Below, piece after piece: positions 44,185 through 54,864 of a stretch of DNA of 64,000 nt. The stretch is from the NCBI GenBank assembly GCA_000165345.1, contig CM000434.1, forward strand, positions 192,001 through 256,000. The letters run 5' to 3'. A model generated the notes under the pieces. That model ran no database searches and was not told the origin of the DNA. It saw only the letters and a list, made by a program, of their open reading frames with translations. Positions within the stretch are counted from its first letter, which is position 1. Each line of letters starts with the position of its first letter. Both the position numbers and the translations under genes were made by a program.

Positions 44185-45497
44185 ATGTTGGATTCAATAA
44201 ATCCTGCATCATCCTATTACTCAAAAAGGATTGAGCATTTAAAAATTTTGATTGATTCAAAAAAATTGGATATACGTAGATTACATGCACAGAGAAATGA
44301 ACTAAATTCCAAAGGTAAGTTGATTTTCTTTAAAACTTATTTCAATTATGTGAATATACTTAACTTAATAATGTTAATGATTTTAGTTAAAGAACTCAAG
44401 GATGAATTACAATATCTATTGGAATCTAATAGTTATGTTGGAGAAGTTATAAAGGTAATGGGAAGAAATAAAGTATTGGTAAAGTTAAATCCAGAAGGAA
44501 AGTTTCTGGTTGATGTTTCTAAGAATATTGATATTTCAAAATGTACTACAAATACTAGGTAAGTAAAAATGAATTACAAAATAACCTTAAAATATTTGAA
44601 CTTTTTTATTATTTTAGAGTTGCATTATTGAGCGATTCATTTAAGCTTCACCGTATATTTCCTAACAAAGTAGATCCTTTGGTATCTTTAATGAAGGTTG
44701 AAAAAGTTCCAGATAGTACATATGATATGGTTGGTGGACTTGATGAACAGATTAAAGAAATTAAGGAGGTAATAGAACTTCCAATAAAACATCCTGAGAT
44801 ATTTGAAAGTTTGGGAATTGCTCAACCGAAAGGAGTTCTATTATATGGTCCACCAGGTACTGGTAAGACTTTATTAGCAAGAGCTGTTGCTCATCATACA
44901 GATTGTACTTTTATTAGAGTATCTGGTTCTGAGCTTGTTCAAAAATATATTGGAGAAGGAAGTAGAATGGTTAGAGAGTTATTTGTTATGGCTAGAGAAC
45001 ATGCTCCATCTTTAATTTTTATGGATGAAATTGACTCAATAGGATCACAAAGAACAGAAGGGGAAAGTGGTGACAGTGAAGTACAGAGGACAATGCTTGA
45101 ACTTTTAAACCAATTGGATGGTTTTGAGTCAACACAAAACATTAAGATTATTATGGCAACCAATAGAATTGACATATTAGATGATGCTCTTCTTAGACCT
45201 GGTCGTATTGATAGAAAGATAGAGTTCCCAAATCCAAATGAAGATGCTAGATTAGAAATTCTCAAGATTCATAGTAGAAAGATGAACTTAGTTAGAGGAA
45301 TTGACTTAAGAAAGGTAGCTCAACAGATGCAAGGAGCATCTGGTGCTGAATCTAAAGCAGTTTGTACTGAAGCTGGAATGTTTGCTTTAAGAGAGAGAAG
45401 GAAACATGTTACTCAAGAGGACTTCGATATGGCAGTTTCCAGGGTAATGAAAAAAGATAGTGATTGGAATATGAGTTTGAAGAAGTTATGGAAGTAA
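44185..45497 (+). CDS. RPT6: 26S proteasome regulatory ATPase subunit Rpt6 (PSMC5/S8). Three exons: join(44185..44314, 44387..44558, 44618..45497).
   Basis: Collinear with human PSMC5 across both splice junctions. Exon 1 reads ...AQRNELNSK, exon 2 reads [24 protein letters not shown]...NTR and exon 3 reads [13 protein letters not shown].... Walker A (GPPGTGKT), Walker B (IIFMDEID), the second region of homology and the C-terminal KKLWK are conserved. Introns are 72 and 59 nt with GTAAGT...TAG ends. Phases check against the ORF track. Confidence 0.9.
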
Positions 45498-46148
45498 GTA
45501 GAGACGAGAACAATTTTCACTCAGAATGCTTTAGTGATCTAGGAGGAGAGAGACAAACAATATGCAATGCAAAACTTCTCTCTTTCTTTTGTATTAAAAA
45601 ATTCCTCAATTCTACTTTTTTTTTGGATACCCTCAAATACACAATAATCAATCATAAGATACCTTTAAGATACCATTTTCTCTCCCCAAAATTTTACTTA
45701 ATAGCCACTGATAACTATATTTTATCATAAACCCTTACATTATTTAGCTTTGAGTTCTCATAGATGCAATAGTATCATACAATAGAATAACAATGGTATT
45801 ATTAGAGTTTTATTACCATATTCATCTACTTATTATTCAATTTCTGATTTATATGTACTATCGTACTTGAATTCTAACCTTAGGGGCGGAGAAAAAAGAG
45901 ATGAAGGAATCAGAAATAGGAAAGCCAGAAATGAGAAAGCCAGATATACAGAAACCACATATACAAAAGTCAGATATATAACAGAAAGAGATAAAAAATT
46001 AGAGAAATCATATAGAATGAGTTGAAATTAGAAACATATACAAATTAAGTAAATAATAATCAAATAGAAAATTTATATCAACTAAATAGTAATAATATTA
46101 AGTAAAAATAATTAGATTTTCATATAAATTAAGTTAATATAGACTAAT

Positions 46149-47306
46149 TTAATCAGTCATATTAAATTCATCATCAGAAGAGTTGTTATTTCCTTCCATA
46201 TTTTCATCCAAATCAGATTCAGCATTTGAAAAGAGAAATTCAAAATGATCAGAATTATCATTTGAAGTATTTCCTTGAATGATATTAACAAAATGAACTC
46301 CATTTTTATTAAATTCAAAAAGAAGTCTAAAATATTCGTTAATATCAACATTAAATCCTCTTTTTGAAGAAAGACCAGAATCTTCAAGTATCTTAAATAT
46401 AAATGTTTTGAAAGGCATATTTCCACAAGGATCTTTTTGATTAATTGAAGACCAAACTTTATAATTGTTTTCAAGAATATTTAAAACACTACTATTATTA
46501 AAATTAGCTCTTATTGTCTTCTTCTTACGAGAAAAACATATTCTCATAAGTCCATCCCATTCTCTAAAATTAACTGAAACTGGAATCTTTTTTGGCTCAA
46601 ATTTAACAACCATTGAATTAACTTTTGGTGGAGGATTAAAACTTCCTGGAGCAACTTTACAAACTCTGGTTACTTTACTAAATAATTTAGTATTTACAGA
46701 TAACCTACAGTAATGCTTTTCTCCAGGTTCTGCTAAAAGTCTTAAAGCAAATTCTTCTTGAAACATTAATACTGCACATCTATATTTATTTTGTAATGAA
46801 AGTAATTTAAAAACAAATGGAGAAGAAATTTGATATGGAAGATTTGCAGTACAAACATCAAAATCACCAAATGAACTTCTCAAAGCATCCCCTTCTCTAA
46901 CCTCTAAATTATTAAATCCTGAATTAACTGATCTCTTCTTTACTTCAGCAACCATTCTAGGATCTATATCAAATGCTACAACTTTTCTAGCTAATGGTAA
47001 TAATCTCATTGTTAAATTTCCAGTACCTGGACCAATTTCTAATACAGTATCAGTTGGCTTAATATCTGCTGCTAATATAATTTTATCTAAAATACCAGTA
47101 TTCTTAAGAAGATGTTGACCTTTCTTTTTATCCAAAATAACATTCACAAAACTGGAACCTCCTCCTTTATTATGACTAGAATTCTGGGAATTTGATGTTT
47201 GCTTCTGTATTCCAGAACCATTCTTAATAACTTTTCCTGATAATTCATTAATATTAAGCTTATTAGGCCTATTCTTAGTCAAATATTCTTTCCTAATAAC
47301 AACCAT
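46149..47306 (-). CDS. DIM1: 18S rRNA (adenine-N6,N6)-dimethyltransferase Dim1/KsgA, with an acidic C-terminal extension.
   Basis: Dim1 signature GQHLLKN...LEIGPGTGNLT (SAM-binding) plus NLPYQISSPFVFKLL. The ORF-track start at 47348 is GTG. The true ATG (MVVIRKEYL) is at 47306. Confidence 0.85.
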   Translation of the reverse strand: MVVIRKEYLTKNRPNKLNINELSGKVIKNGSGIQKQTSNSQNSSHNKGGGSSFVNVILDKKKGQHLLKNTGILDKIILAADIKPTDTVLEIGPGTGNLTMRLLPLARKVVAFDIDPRMVAEVKKRSVNSGFNNLEVREGDALRSSFGDFDVCTANLPYQISSPFVFKLLSLQNKYRCAVLMFQEEFALRLLAEPGEKHYCRLSVNTKLFSKVTRVCKVAPGSFNPPPKVNSMVVKFEPKKIPVSVNFREWDGLMRICFSRKKKTIRANFNNSSVLNILENNYKVWSSINQKDPCGNMPFKTFIFKILEDSGLSSKRGFNVDINEYFRLLFEFNKNGVHFVNIIQGNTSNDNSDHFEFLFSNAESDLDENMEGNNNSSDDEFNMTD

Positions 47307-47490
47307 ATTTAAAATAAAGAAATAATACCAAATAGAATGATTTTGCACATATAAAAAATTGATTCAAGGTTCCAATTCAATTTTTATAAAATTCAATAGT
47401 TACAAGTATTCCATCAAACACTGTAAATCTCAAAATTTTTCATCTCAAATTTCAACTAATATTAATTTTAATATTAATGGTCAAGAAAAA

Positions 47491-47501
47491 GCCCGCCAAA
47501 A
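47491..47501. promoter_or_regulatory. GCCCGCCAAAA box in the 480-nt shared upstream region of the divergent Dim1 and Pescadillo genes.
   Basis: It is the only GC island in this bidirectional spacer. Confidence 0.4.
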
Positions 47502-47828
47502 CTCCAATTAATTTATTTTATAGGTAACTATTAATAAATGGAGGTAAAAAAAAAAAAAATAATAAAAATAAAGTCAAGTCTTGTCTAAAGTAATATATTA
47601 CAAAGTGATAAATTAATAATCAAGTTGATTTTTATTAACGATTGATTTGGAAAATTAGGGGAAAAATTGAGAATTTACTAGTCAATATTAACATTTGGAG
47701 CTGGAAAAAAAAAGTGTTAATTCGAAAAAGATATAATTAAAGTTAAGAAGTGAGACAGAGGTAAAATTATAAGAATAATAACAGAAGGTTTGAATATAGT
47801 AGTATTATAAAAGAAACAGAAATAAAAC

Positions 47829-49475
47829 ATGGGTGGACAAAAAATTAAAAAAGGAACTAGAGGAGATAGTGCAATGTTTATTACAAGGGCACAAGCTATA
47901 AAGCGTCTTCAAGTATCTTTAGCAGATTTTAGAAGACTATGTATTTTGAAGGGAGTTTATCCAAGAGAACCAAAAAAAAAGTTGAGTGGATTGGATAAGA
48001 CTTATTATCATTTAAAGGATATTATACATTTAAAACATGATCCAATATTATCCAGAATAAGAGAATTAAAAATTCATTTGAGAAAATACAGAAAAGCAAT
48101 GGGACGTAATGACAAAACTAAAGCTCGTTCAATTAGAGAAAATAAACCAATAATTACTTTGCAACATATTGTTAAAGAAAGATATCCATGTTTTGTTGAT
48201 GCCTTAAGAGATCTGGATGACGCTCTTTCAACTTGTTCATTATTTGCATCATTAGGAGCTGATGATAATTATAGTATTCGTTCTAATATGATCAAAAAGT
48301 CAACTTATTTGATAGATGAATTTATGTACTTAGTATCAGAACTTGGATTCTTAACAAAATCTTTTATTTCTATAAAAGGTTTCTATTTCCAAGCAAAAAT
48401 TCTTGGCGAGACAATCACATGGCTTGTTCCACATCAATTTGCACAAAGTATTCCAGATGAAGTAGATTTTAAAGTTTTGTCAACATTCTTGGAGTTTTAC
48501 CATTCATTATTAAAGTTTGTTAATTTTAAGTTATACCAACTTAATAATTTAACTTACCCTCCAACAATTAATACTCCAATTTTTGATAATGGAGGAAGAT
48601 TCCTTTCACTTCATGCATATAATCTTTCCAAATTGAATTCTAACATTCCTTCGAATGTTGAACAAAAAGTGGAAAAAAAACGTATTTTTGAAGGACTCAC
48701 TTTCTTTATTTCTAGAGAAGTTCCACTTCTTCCTTTAGCTTTTGTAATTAAAAGCTTTGGTGGTAAAGTTGGATGGGAAAACCAATTTTCAAGTATTAAA
48801 CAGGATGATGAGGGAATTACACACTATGTTATTGATAGACCCATTAATTTCCTTAAAAGTTTCATAGATAAACACCCAAATTGTGAGTTTATTCAACCTC
48901 AATGGGTATTTGACTCTATGAATGAATCAATTAGATTACCTACACGTCCTTATGGCCCTGGTGAAAAGTTACCTCCACATCTATCTCCATTTGTGGATGA
49001 TAGTACCCAAGGTTATATTCCAACTCAGAGACAAGTTCTTGATGAAATTAAGGAATCCAATAGTCATAAATCTCAATCTTGCTTATCTGAAGATGAATCA
49101 ACAGAAATTGATGAACTTTCAGAACATGATTCTGATATTGAAGTTCAACAAGCTAGAGAAGATGCCTACTTTGATTCTATTGAGAGAGAACAATCATTAT
49201 CAACCTCAAATGAAATTGATTCAATTGATAACGAGCATAAAGATTCATCCAATTTTACAACAGAATCTGAATTAACTAATACAAAAGATAAAGTAAATAT
49301 TGCTAGAAAGCTCGCGAAGAAACGTAAAGAAGAGGAACAAAGAGAACAACAAAAGACTCTACTCAAAAAGAAGCATAAGAGACTTTTACAAAGAATTGAA
49401 TATTCTAACAAAATCGCTTCGGAGAAAGCAGAAAGGTTGGAATCTCGAAGAAAATTATTAAGTAAAAATAACTAA
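47829..49475 (+). CDS. NOP7: Pescadillo (Nop7/PES1) 60S ribosome-biogenesis factor. It has an N-terminal pescadillo domain and a BRCT domain.
   Basis: The N-terminus (KKGTRGDSAMFITRAQAIKRLQVSLADFRRLCILKGVYPREPKKK) matches the conserved pescadillo start. A BRCT-like block is IFEGLTFFISREVPLLPLAFVIKSFGGKVGWE. An acidic/basic tail follows. Confidence 0.85.
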   Translation: MGGQKIKKGTRGDSAMFITRAQAIKRLQVSLADFRRLCILKGVYPREPKKKLSGLDKTYYHLKDIIHLKHDPILSRIRELKIHLRKYRKAMGRNDKTKARSIRENKPIITLQHIVKERYPCFVDALRDLDDALSTCSLFASLGADDNYSIRSNMIKKSTYLIDEFMYLVSELGFLTKSFISIKGFYFQAKILGETITWLVPHQFAQSIPDEVDFKVLSTFLEFYHSLLKFVNFKLYQLNNLTYPPTINTPIFDNGGRFLSLHAYNLSKLNSNIPSNVEQKVEKKRIFEGLTFFISREVPLLPLAFVIKSFGGKVGWENQFSSIKQDDEGITHYVIDRPINFLKSFIDKHPNCEFIQPQWVFDSMNESIRLPTRPYGPGEKLPPHLSPFVDDSTQGYIPTQRQVLDEIKESNSHKSQSCLSEDESTEIDELSEHDSDIEVQQAREDAYFDSIEREQSLSTSNEIDSIDNEHKDSSNFTTESELTNTKDKVNIARKLAKKRKEEEQREQQKTLLKKKHKRLLQRIEYSNKIASEKAERLESRRKLLSKNN

Positions 49476-49690
49476 TCCAGGTTGAACTATTTTCTTATAT
49501 TCGTTCAATAAGTTAGAAAAAAAAAAATTCAGGTAATACCTTTGCAAGACTTTGCACTAGTATTTTAAATTTTATATTTAGATATTAAAATAATCATAGT
49601 AATAACTCTATATATTATCTCTATATTTCATTTTTGCTTTTCTATTGCTATTTCTCAAAAATCCTATTATTTTCTATATGCATGCAAATT

Positions 49691-49700
49691 CATTTCAAAG
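49691..49700. promoter_or_regulatory. TTCCCGCCAT box preceded by TGCATGCAAA. This is the first copy of a duplicated promoter module upstream of the Sec14-like gene.
   Basis: Direct reading. A second copy lies at 50019-50030. Confidence 0.4.
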
Positions 49701-50018
49701 TTCCCGCCATTATATGAAATCTTTTATCAACCGATTCGTAAAGATAATTGAAACCACAAATTTATAAATTAAACACCGCAAAAAAAAAAAAATGGGCTCT
49801 TTAACAGTAATGAAAATTGATTAGTTAATATTACAAATGAGATATTTTCAAAAGCCAATACATTTTTAAAAAATTGAAAATCAAAATAGTTAAATAAAAA
49901 TGATTCAAAAATAAATATAATTTATTATTACCATTATTTTTTCAGAATTAATTTTGAAAATATTATACAAATTATTATTTGCATGCAAAAGTTTTGTCCT
50001 CATGGAAAATTTGATAAA

Positions 50019-50030
50019 TTTTCCCGCCAT
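50019..50030. promoter_or_regulatory. TTTTCCCGCCAT box preceded by TGCATGCAAA. This is the second copy of the duplicated module, ~210 nt upstream of the Sec14-like ATG.
   Basis: Direct reading. Confidence 0.4.
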
Positions 50031-50236
50031 GTGAATAGATCTTGTAAGTGCTGTACTTTAAAAATAAAAGTGATATAAAAAAAAGTGTGAAAAGAGGGGC
50101 AGAATTTCTGAAATTTTTAGATAGAAAGAAAAAAGATTCGGGTTCTTTTTTTTTCTTTTTTTAAAAAAAAACTTTAAGAAAGCGAGAAAGGAGTTCTGTG
50201 ATTGTGGGAAAGCTAAATTGAACAAGGAGCTGAAAC

Positions 50237-51559
50237 ATGGTAAATTACAAGATTAGTCCAATACTTTCAGAGTGGAAAAAAACTCCACAAGGTCCAGGAG
50301 CTAAAACTGAAAAAGAAGAAAAAGCCTTATCAAGTTTAAGACAATTGTTAGAGGTTCAGAATAAGGCAGCAGAAAACAAGCAAAACTTAGAGAAACAAAA
50401 GGCAGCAAATGGTCTAGTAAAAAAACAGTCAACTTCAGAGGCTGTATTTGATAAAATTAAACACTTTGCTTCTTCAGCTTTTAAGAATAAAGAATCATGT
50501 GTTATCTCTTCTGTTTCATCACCAAACAAACCAGGAAAAATTATTAAGACCCGTCTTCTTCTTAAAGCTCCTTTAAGCCCATATGAATTGGATTGGTGTA
50601 CTGATGCATGCTTATTACGTTATTTAAGAGGATATAACCTCAAAGTTATTAAATCATTTGAAGCATTAGCAAAAACTATCCACTTTAGACGTAAGTATGC
50701 ACCTCAATTTATTAGTCCAAGAAATATTAGTTCTGGAAATAATGTTGAAGGATTGATTAGATATGGTCTTGATAAGGAAGGTCGTCCATGTATATTTATG
50801 AGAGCTAAATACAGCGACTCTAATATTGATGTTTCTCTTGTATTAAATTCTCTTTTATATTCAATGGAGAGAGCATGCTTGTATATAGATCAAGTAAGTA
50901 CTAGTGATAACAAAATTAACTTGATTGTTGATTTTACTGGTTATAAAAGCACTCAACAACCACCAGTTTCTTTATCTCTCAAATTTGCTAAGGCAATGGT
51001 TGACCATTATCCAGAGAGATTACATAGAGCATTCATCATACAACCTGGTTGGTTCTTCAAGGCTGTATGGGGATTAATTAGTCCATGTATTCCAGGTAAT
51101 ACTGCAGAAAAGTTTGTTTTAATTGATCCAGAATCTGATGGTTCAGAAAGCTTTAATGCATTAAAGTCATACATTGAAGATAAGTATTTGGATAAGGAAT
51201 GGGGTGGATCTTGTGAGGATGTTTTTGATCCAAATGAATATTGGCAAAAAGAAAATACTGAATTTGATAAGTTTTGTGAATTTTGTCAAAATAACTTTTA
51301 TACACCTGAACATCCTATTCCAGTCATTGATCCAAATTCAAAATCTGCAGTGAAAGTACCAACAGATGTTGATCCTACTGAAGTTCCACAACTTGCTGTT
51401 GCATTGCTAGATGATGAGGATATTGATCCAAATGAGCCGGTTGAGGATGGTGGTCATCAACCTGGAGAACCTTTCAAACCATTAAGCCAACAGCAATCCG
51501 AGGAGATTGAGGAGAACAATGATTTTGATGTATTGGATGATACAAATACTTCACAGTAA
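50237..51559 (+). CDS. Sec14-like CRAL-TRIO lipid-transfer protein, with an N-terminal coiled region and an acidic tail.
   Basis: CRAL-TRIO motifs are present: DACLLRYLRGYNLKV...FRRKY and DHYPERLHRAFIIQPGWFFKAVWGLISPCIPGNTAEKFVLI. Confidence 0.75.
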   Translation: MVNYKISPILSEWKKTPQGPGAKTEKEEKALSSLRQLLEVQNKAAENKQNLEKQKAANGLVKKQSTSEAVFDKIKHFASSAFKNKESCVISSVSSPNKPGKIIKTRLLLKAPLSPYELDWCTDACLLRYLRGYNLKVIKSFEALAKTIHFRRKYAPQFISPRNISSGNNVEGLIRYGLDKEGRPCIFMRAKYSDSNIDVSLVLNSLLYSMERACLYIDQVSTSDNKINLIVDFTGYKSTQQPPVSLSLKFAKAMVDHYPERLHRAFIIQPGWFFKAVWGLISPCIPGNTAEKFVLIDPESDGSESFNALKSYIEDKYLDKEWGGSCEDVFDPNEYWQKENTEFDKFCEFCQNNFYTPEHPIPVIDPNSKSAVKVPTDVDPTEVPQLAVALLDDEDIDPNEPVEDGGHQPGEPFKPLSQQQSEEIEENNDFDVLDDTNTSQ

Positions 51560-51616
51560 AAAAGAAAAGAGAGAGAAAGAGAGAAAGAGAGAGAGAAAAA
51601 GAGAGAGAAAAGAGCG
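51560..51616. repeat. GA-rich (GAGA/GAAA)n low-complexity tract immediately 3' of the Sec14-like gene.
   Basis: Direct reading. It generates artefactual ORFs 51457-51666 and 51507-51728. Confidence 0.8.
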
Positions 51617-52162
51617 TTATTATATGGAGTGGATGGATCATTGGTACTCAATAATATACTTTTCAATCAAACTATTTTTTGATCTAATTATTAAAGCAAC
51701 TGAAATGGTAATTTACCAAGTTTTTTAAGATTTTTATTTTGGCTTTCAGTTTTATTTTAATTACTATATCGACTCTTTAAGAAAATTCATTTGTTATTTT
51801 CCTTTAATATTATGTTATTCAGAAGACAACTTATTAAGCAAATACATCATTTTCCTGTGTATCTTTCTCTCAGAAAGAAATAAAGAAAGATAGAAAGTAG
51901 TAATAATACAATATAATAATAATTTTTAAGTAATTAATCCCGGAATCCAAGAATGAATCAATATTCTTTAATTGCATTATAATCTAACTACTACTTGAAA
52001 GTCGATACACGACCCACCTTAATATACATTAAAAAGATGAAAATATATGTAAATATGCACCTGAGGATAAATTTGACTAACAGTAACACAATAAGGTAAA
52101 AATAAGATAGAATAAGACAAAAAATAGGAATTAAGAGGGATATAAAATAATATGTCAAATGT

Positions 52163-54363
52163 TTAAGAAACAGACTTCCAAATAAACGATCCATCTGGTC
52201 TGTCCTCCAAAGTAATTTTCAATTTGGAGAGTTGTACATCTCTTACTTGGTCACATTTAGAAAGTAGAGATATTGATGACTTATTCACTTCATCGATAAG
52301 GCTTCCTACATTACCAAAATCATTGTTTGAAATTGCCTTCTTTTCTTTTCTGCATAATCCCATAAGTTTCTTAGATTCCTCCTTGGCACAACTTCTAAAT
52401 CCTCCAATAATCTCCATGAATTCATTAGTGAGTTCTTCTACTTTGGAGTTATCATAAGCAGAATCGCAAGTGTCTTTGTAATTAAGCTTTTCATTATCTT
52501 CACCACATAAACCAAGTATCGATAAAATCTTGTAAACATATGTGGCACAACGTCTTAAGATATTTCCAACAATCTGATCATCTGATTTTAAGTTCATGTA
52601 ACTATTTGCAACAGTAACAAGAGACTGAAGTGCTTGAATAACTTCTGGAGTATTTATATTGTCTTTAAAGAATTCATCAATCTAAAAAGAAAAAAAAAAT
52701 TAAATTAATTTTAATGTTCGACAAAAAGTTCATTTAGAAGTAGGAAAAAAAAGTTACTGAGTTCTTCGTTACTCTTTACTCCAAACTTCCTATTCTCCAC
52801 TCTAATGTATATATCTCCCCAATAAATTAAATCATAAACTGTTCAAAAAAGAAAAAAAGAGATTGAACATTTTAGATTTAATGAGAATGTTCGTGACGGT
52901 ATTTTAAGATGTATTTCTACAATGAAAAAAAATACATTATAAATATACCAACATGAAAGAGTACACGTGTCAATGCATGCATGCATGCACAACATTTGTA
53001 CTCTAATTAGTATAGCAAGCTCTTAGTGCCTAAAAAAGCTATGAATAGAAAAGCTTCAAGGAGTGGAATCTTGCATATTACCAAATCAAGATGGGGGGAA
53101 AAAATACAATAAGAGTAGATTATATTGTAAACTTACCTTTTCACTGGAAGATTCAATTGCAAGCCTGAGTTTCTCTTCTTCGATATCATGTTTCTGTGAG
53201 TTTTTCAAGTAGGACGTCCTAAGGCGTGCTTTAACATTAGCAAAAAAGTTGACAAAGGTTTTGTCAACAGCAATAGCTTCTTGTAAAGAAGTTTCTGGTG
53301 AGTAATTCATAGGTGCATCCCATTTATGGAGAAGGAAAAGCATCCTAATGTGTCTGGGTGAGTTTTCCTTAAGGATTTCCTGAATAGTAGTAAAGTTTTT
53401 AAGACTTTTAGACATCTTGGATCCGTGAATATGAAGATGACCAGAATGAAGGAAGTAGTTAACCCACTGGGCTTGATCATAATGAGCCTCACTTTGAGCA
53501 AGCTCATTATCATGATGAGGGAATCTCAAGTCAATACCTCCACTGTGAATGTCAATTGGGAATCCAAGAGTATTTGAAGCCATGACAGAACATTCAATAT
53601 GCCATCCTGGTCTACCTTTTCCCCAAGGACTATCCCAACAAGGCTCCTCAGGCTTTGCTTTCTTCCAAAGAGCAAAATCCAAAGGACTCTTCTTATCCTT
53701 AAGATGTTCTCCAAGTTCACCTTCACCTTCTAATACTCTATTAACATCAGCAACACTCTTTGGCTCCATTCTTCCATATACATGCTTTTCATCAGCTCTG
53801 AATGATTCTACATCAAAGTAAACACTTCCTTCTGATTCATAAGCAAAACCTCTAGAAATAATTGTAGAGATAAAATCAATAATTTCAGGAATAAATTCAG
53901 ATACCCTTGTAACAACATCCGGCATCTTAACATTTAAAGCCTTCATATCATCAAAGAATTCAAGTTCAAATTCTCTAGCCAAATCTAAAAAGTTTTCTCT
54001 TTTTTGCTCATTAGATCTCTTAATGATTTTATCATCAATATCTGTAATGTTCATAACCAAATAAACATCATACCCAAAGTAATCCTCTAATACTCTCCTA
54101 ATTATGTCAAAAGTTACATAATTTCTAGCATGGCCTAAATGAGCTGAGTCATATACTGTAGGACCACATGCATACCAGTTCACTCTTCTACCATTCACTG
54201 GTATAAATTCTGTCCTCCCTCCTGTCATACTATTATTAAGCATTAATCCTGTCGAATAAGAACATCTCTTTGATGCAGAACTCGTATCACCTGATTCTGC
54301 ATTAGAAAAACATCTTGTTGGTGGGATCCAATCTGCCATTCCTTCTGCTGTATTTAAACCCAT
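52163..54363 (-). CDS. Cysteinyl-tRNA synthetase. Two exons: join(54363..53137, 52681..52163), separated by an unusually long ~455-nt intron.
   Basis: Class-I HIGH ([10 protein letters not shown]) and KMSKS motifs. CysRS-specific WHIECS. Exon 1 ends ...SSEK directly at a GTAAGT donor. The acceptor ttttag precedes [19 protein letters not shown]..., which joins the ORF 52163-52597 (the C-terminal anticodon-binding region) in phase 0. Confidence 0.8.
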
Positions 54364-54623
54364 CTCTAAATTCTCAACAATTATATAAGTATTATACTTG
54401 TTTCAAATTTACTCTTGGAAATTTATTTCGTATTAAAATGAATAAAATTATTATTACATTTTTGCCCTAGTTTACTTAGATAATTATTTCATTGAGTTTG
54501 CTTGACCTATTTTACCTTAATATTGTATTGACCTGCTTAATTTAAATATCTTTATATACACTACTAATAATTTGCTTATTAATTCTATTTATAACCTTTA
54601 ATACACAAATTGGCGTCTCACAA

Positions 54624-54633
54624 TTTCCCGCCA
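54624..54633. promoter_or_regulatory. TTTCCCGCCA box, with TGGCGTC 10 nt upstream, in the shared upstream region of the divergent CysRS and kinase genes.
   Basis: Direct reading. Confidence 0.4.
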
Positions 54634-54864
54634 CTTGCAATAATAATATTTGCCTATGTAAATTCTGGAGAAAAATTTGTATTAAAAGGAAATGAGGGGA
54701 AATCACGAAATGTAACTTTGAACTGGTTTTACATACAGAGGAAAATTAAAGATTAAATTGGTAAAAATACTAATATATTAATCAAGTTCAAAGGATAGTA
54801 TAGGCGCATACTTTTAAAGTTTAGATGTGTTTATGTGTGTGTATCTGATTTATGAAAGAAATCA

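Noticed and set aside
33398-47348. ORF-track start codons at 33398 (GDE), 47348 (Dim1), 9803, 7664 and 39821 taken at face value.
   Set aside because: Inspection shows these 'M' positions are GTG or TTG triplets, since the ORF caller allows alternative starts. Real starts are the first ATG (~33419 for GDE, 47306 for Dim1). For the two adhesins the start lies in an upstream exon.
52163-52597. ORF 52163-52597 taken as a stand-alone 144-aa gene.
   Set aside because: It is the second exon (the C-terminal domain) of cysteinyl-tRNA synthetase. Its frame opens upstream to an AG acceptor at 52682 that matches the donor after ...SSEK at 53137.
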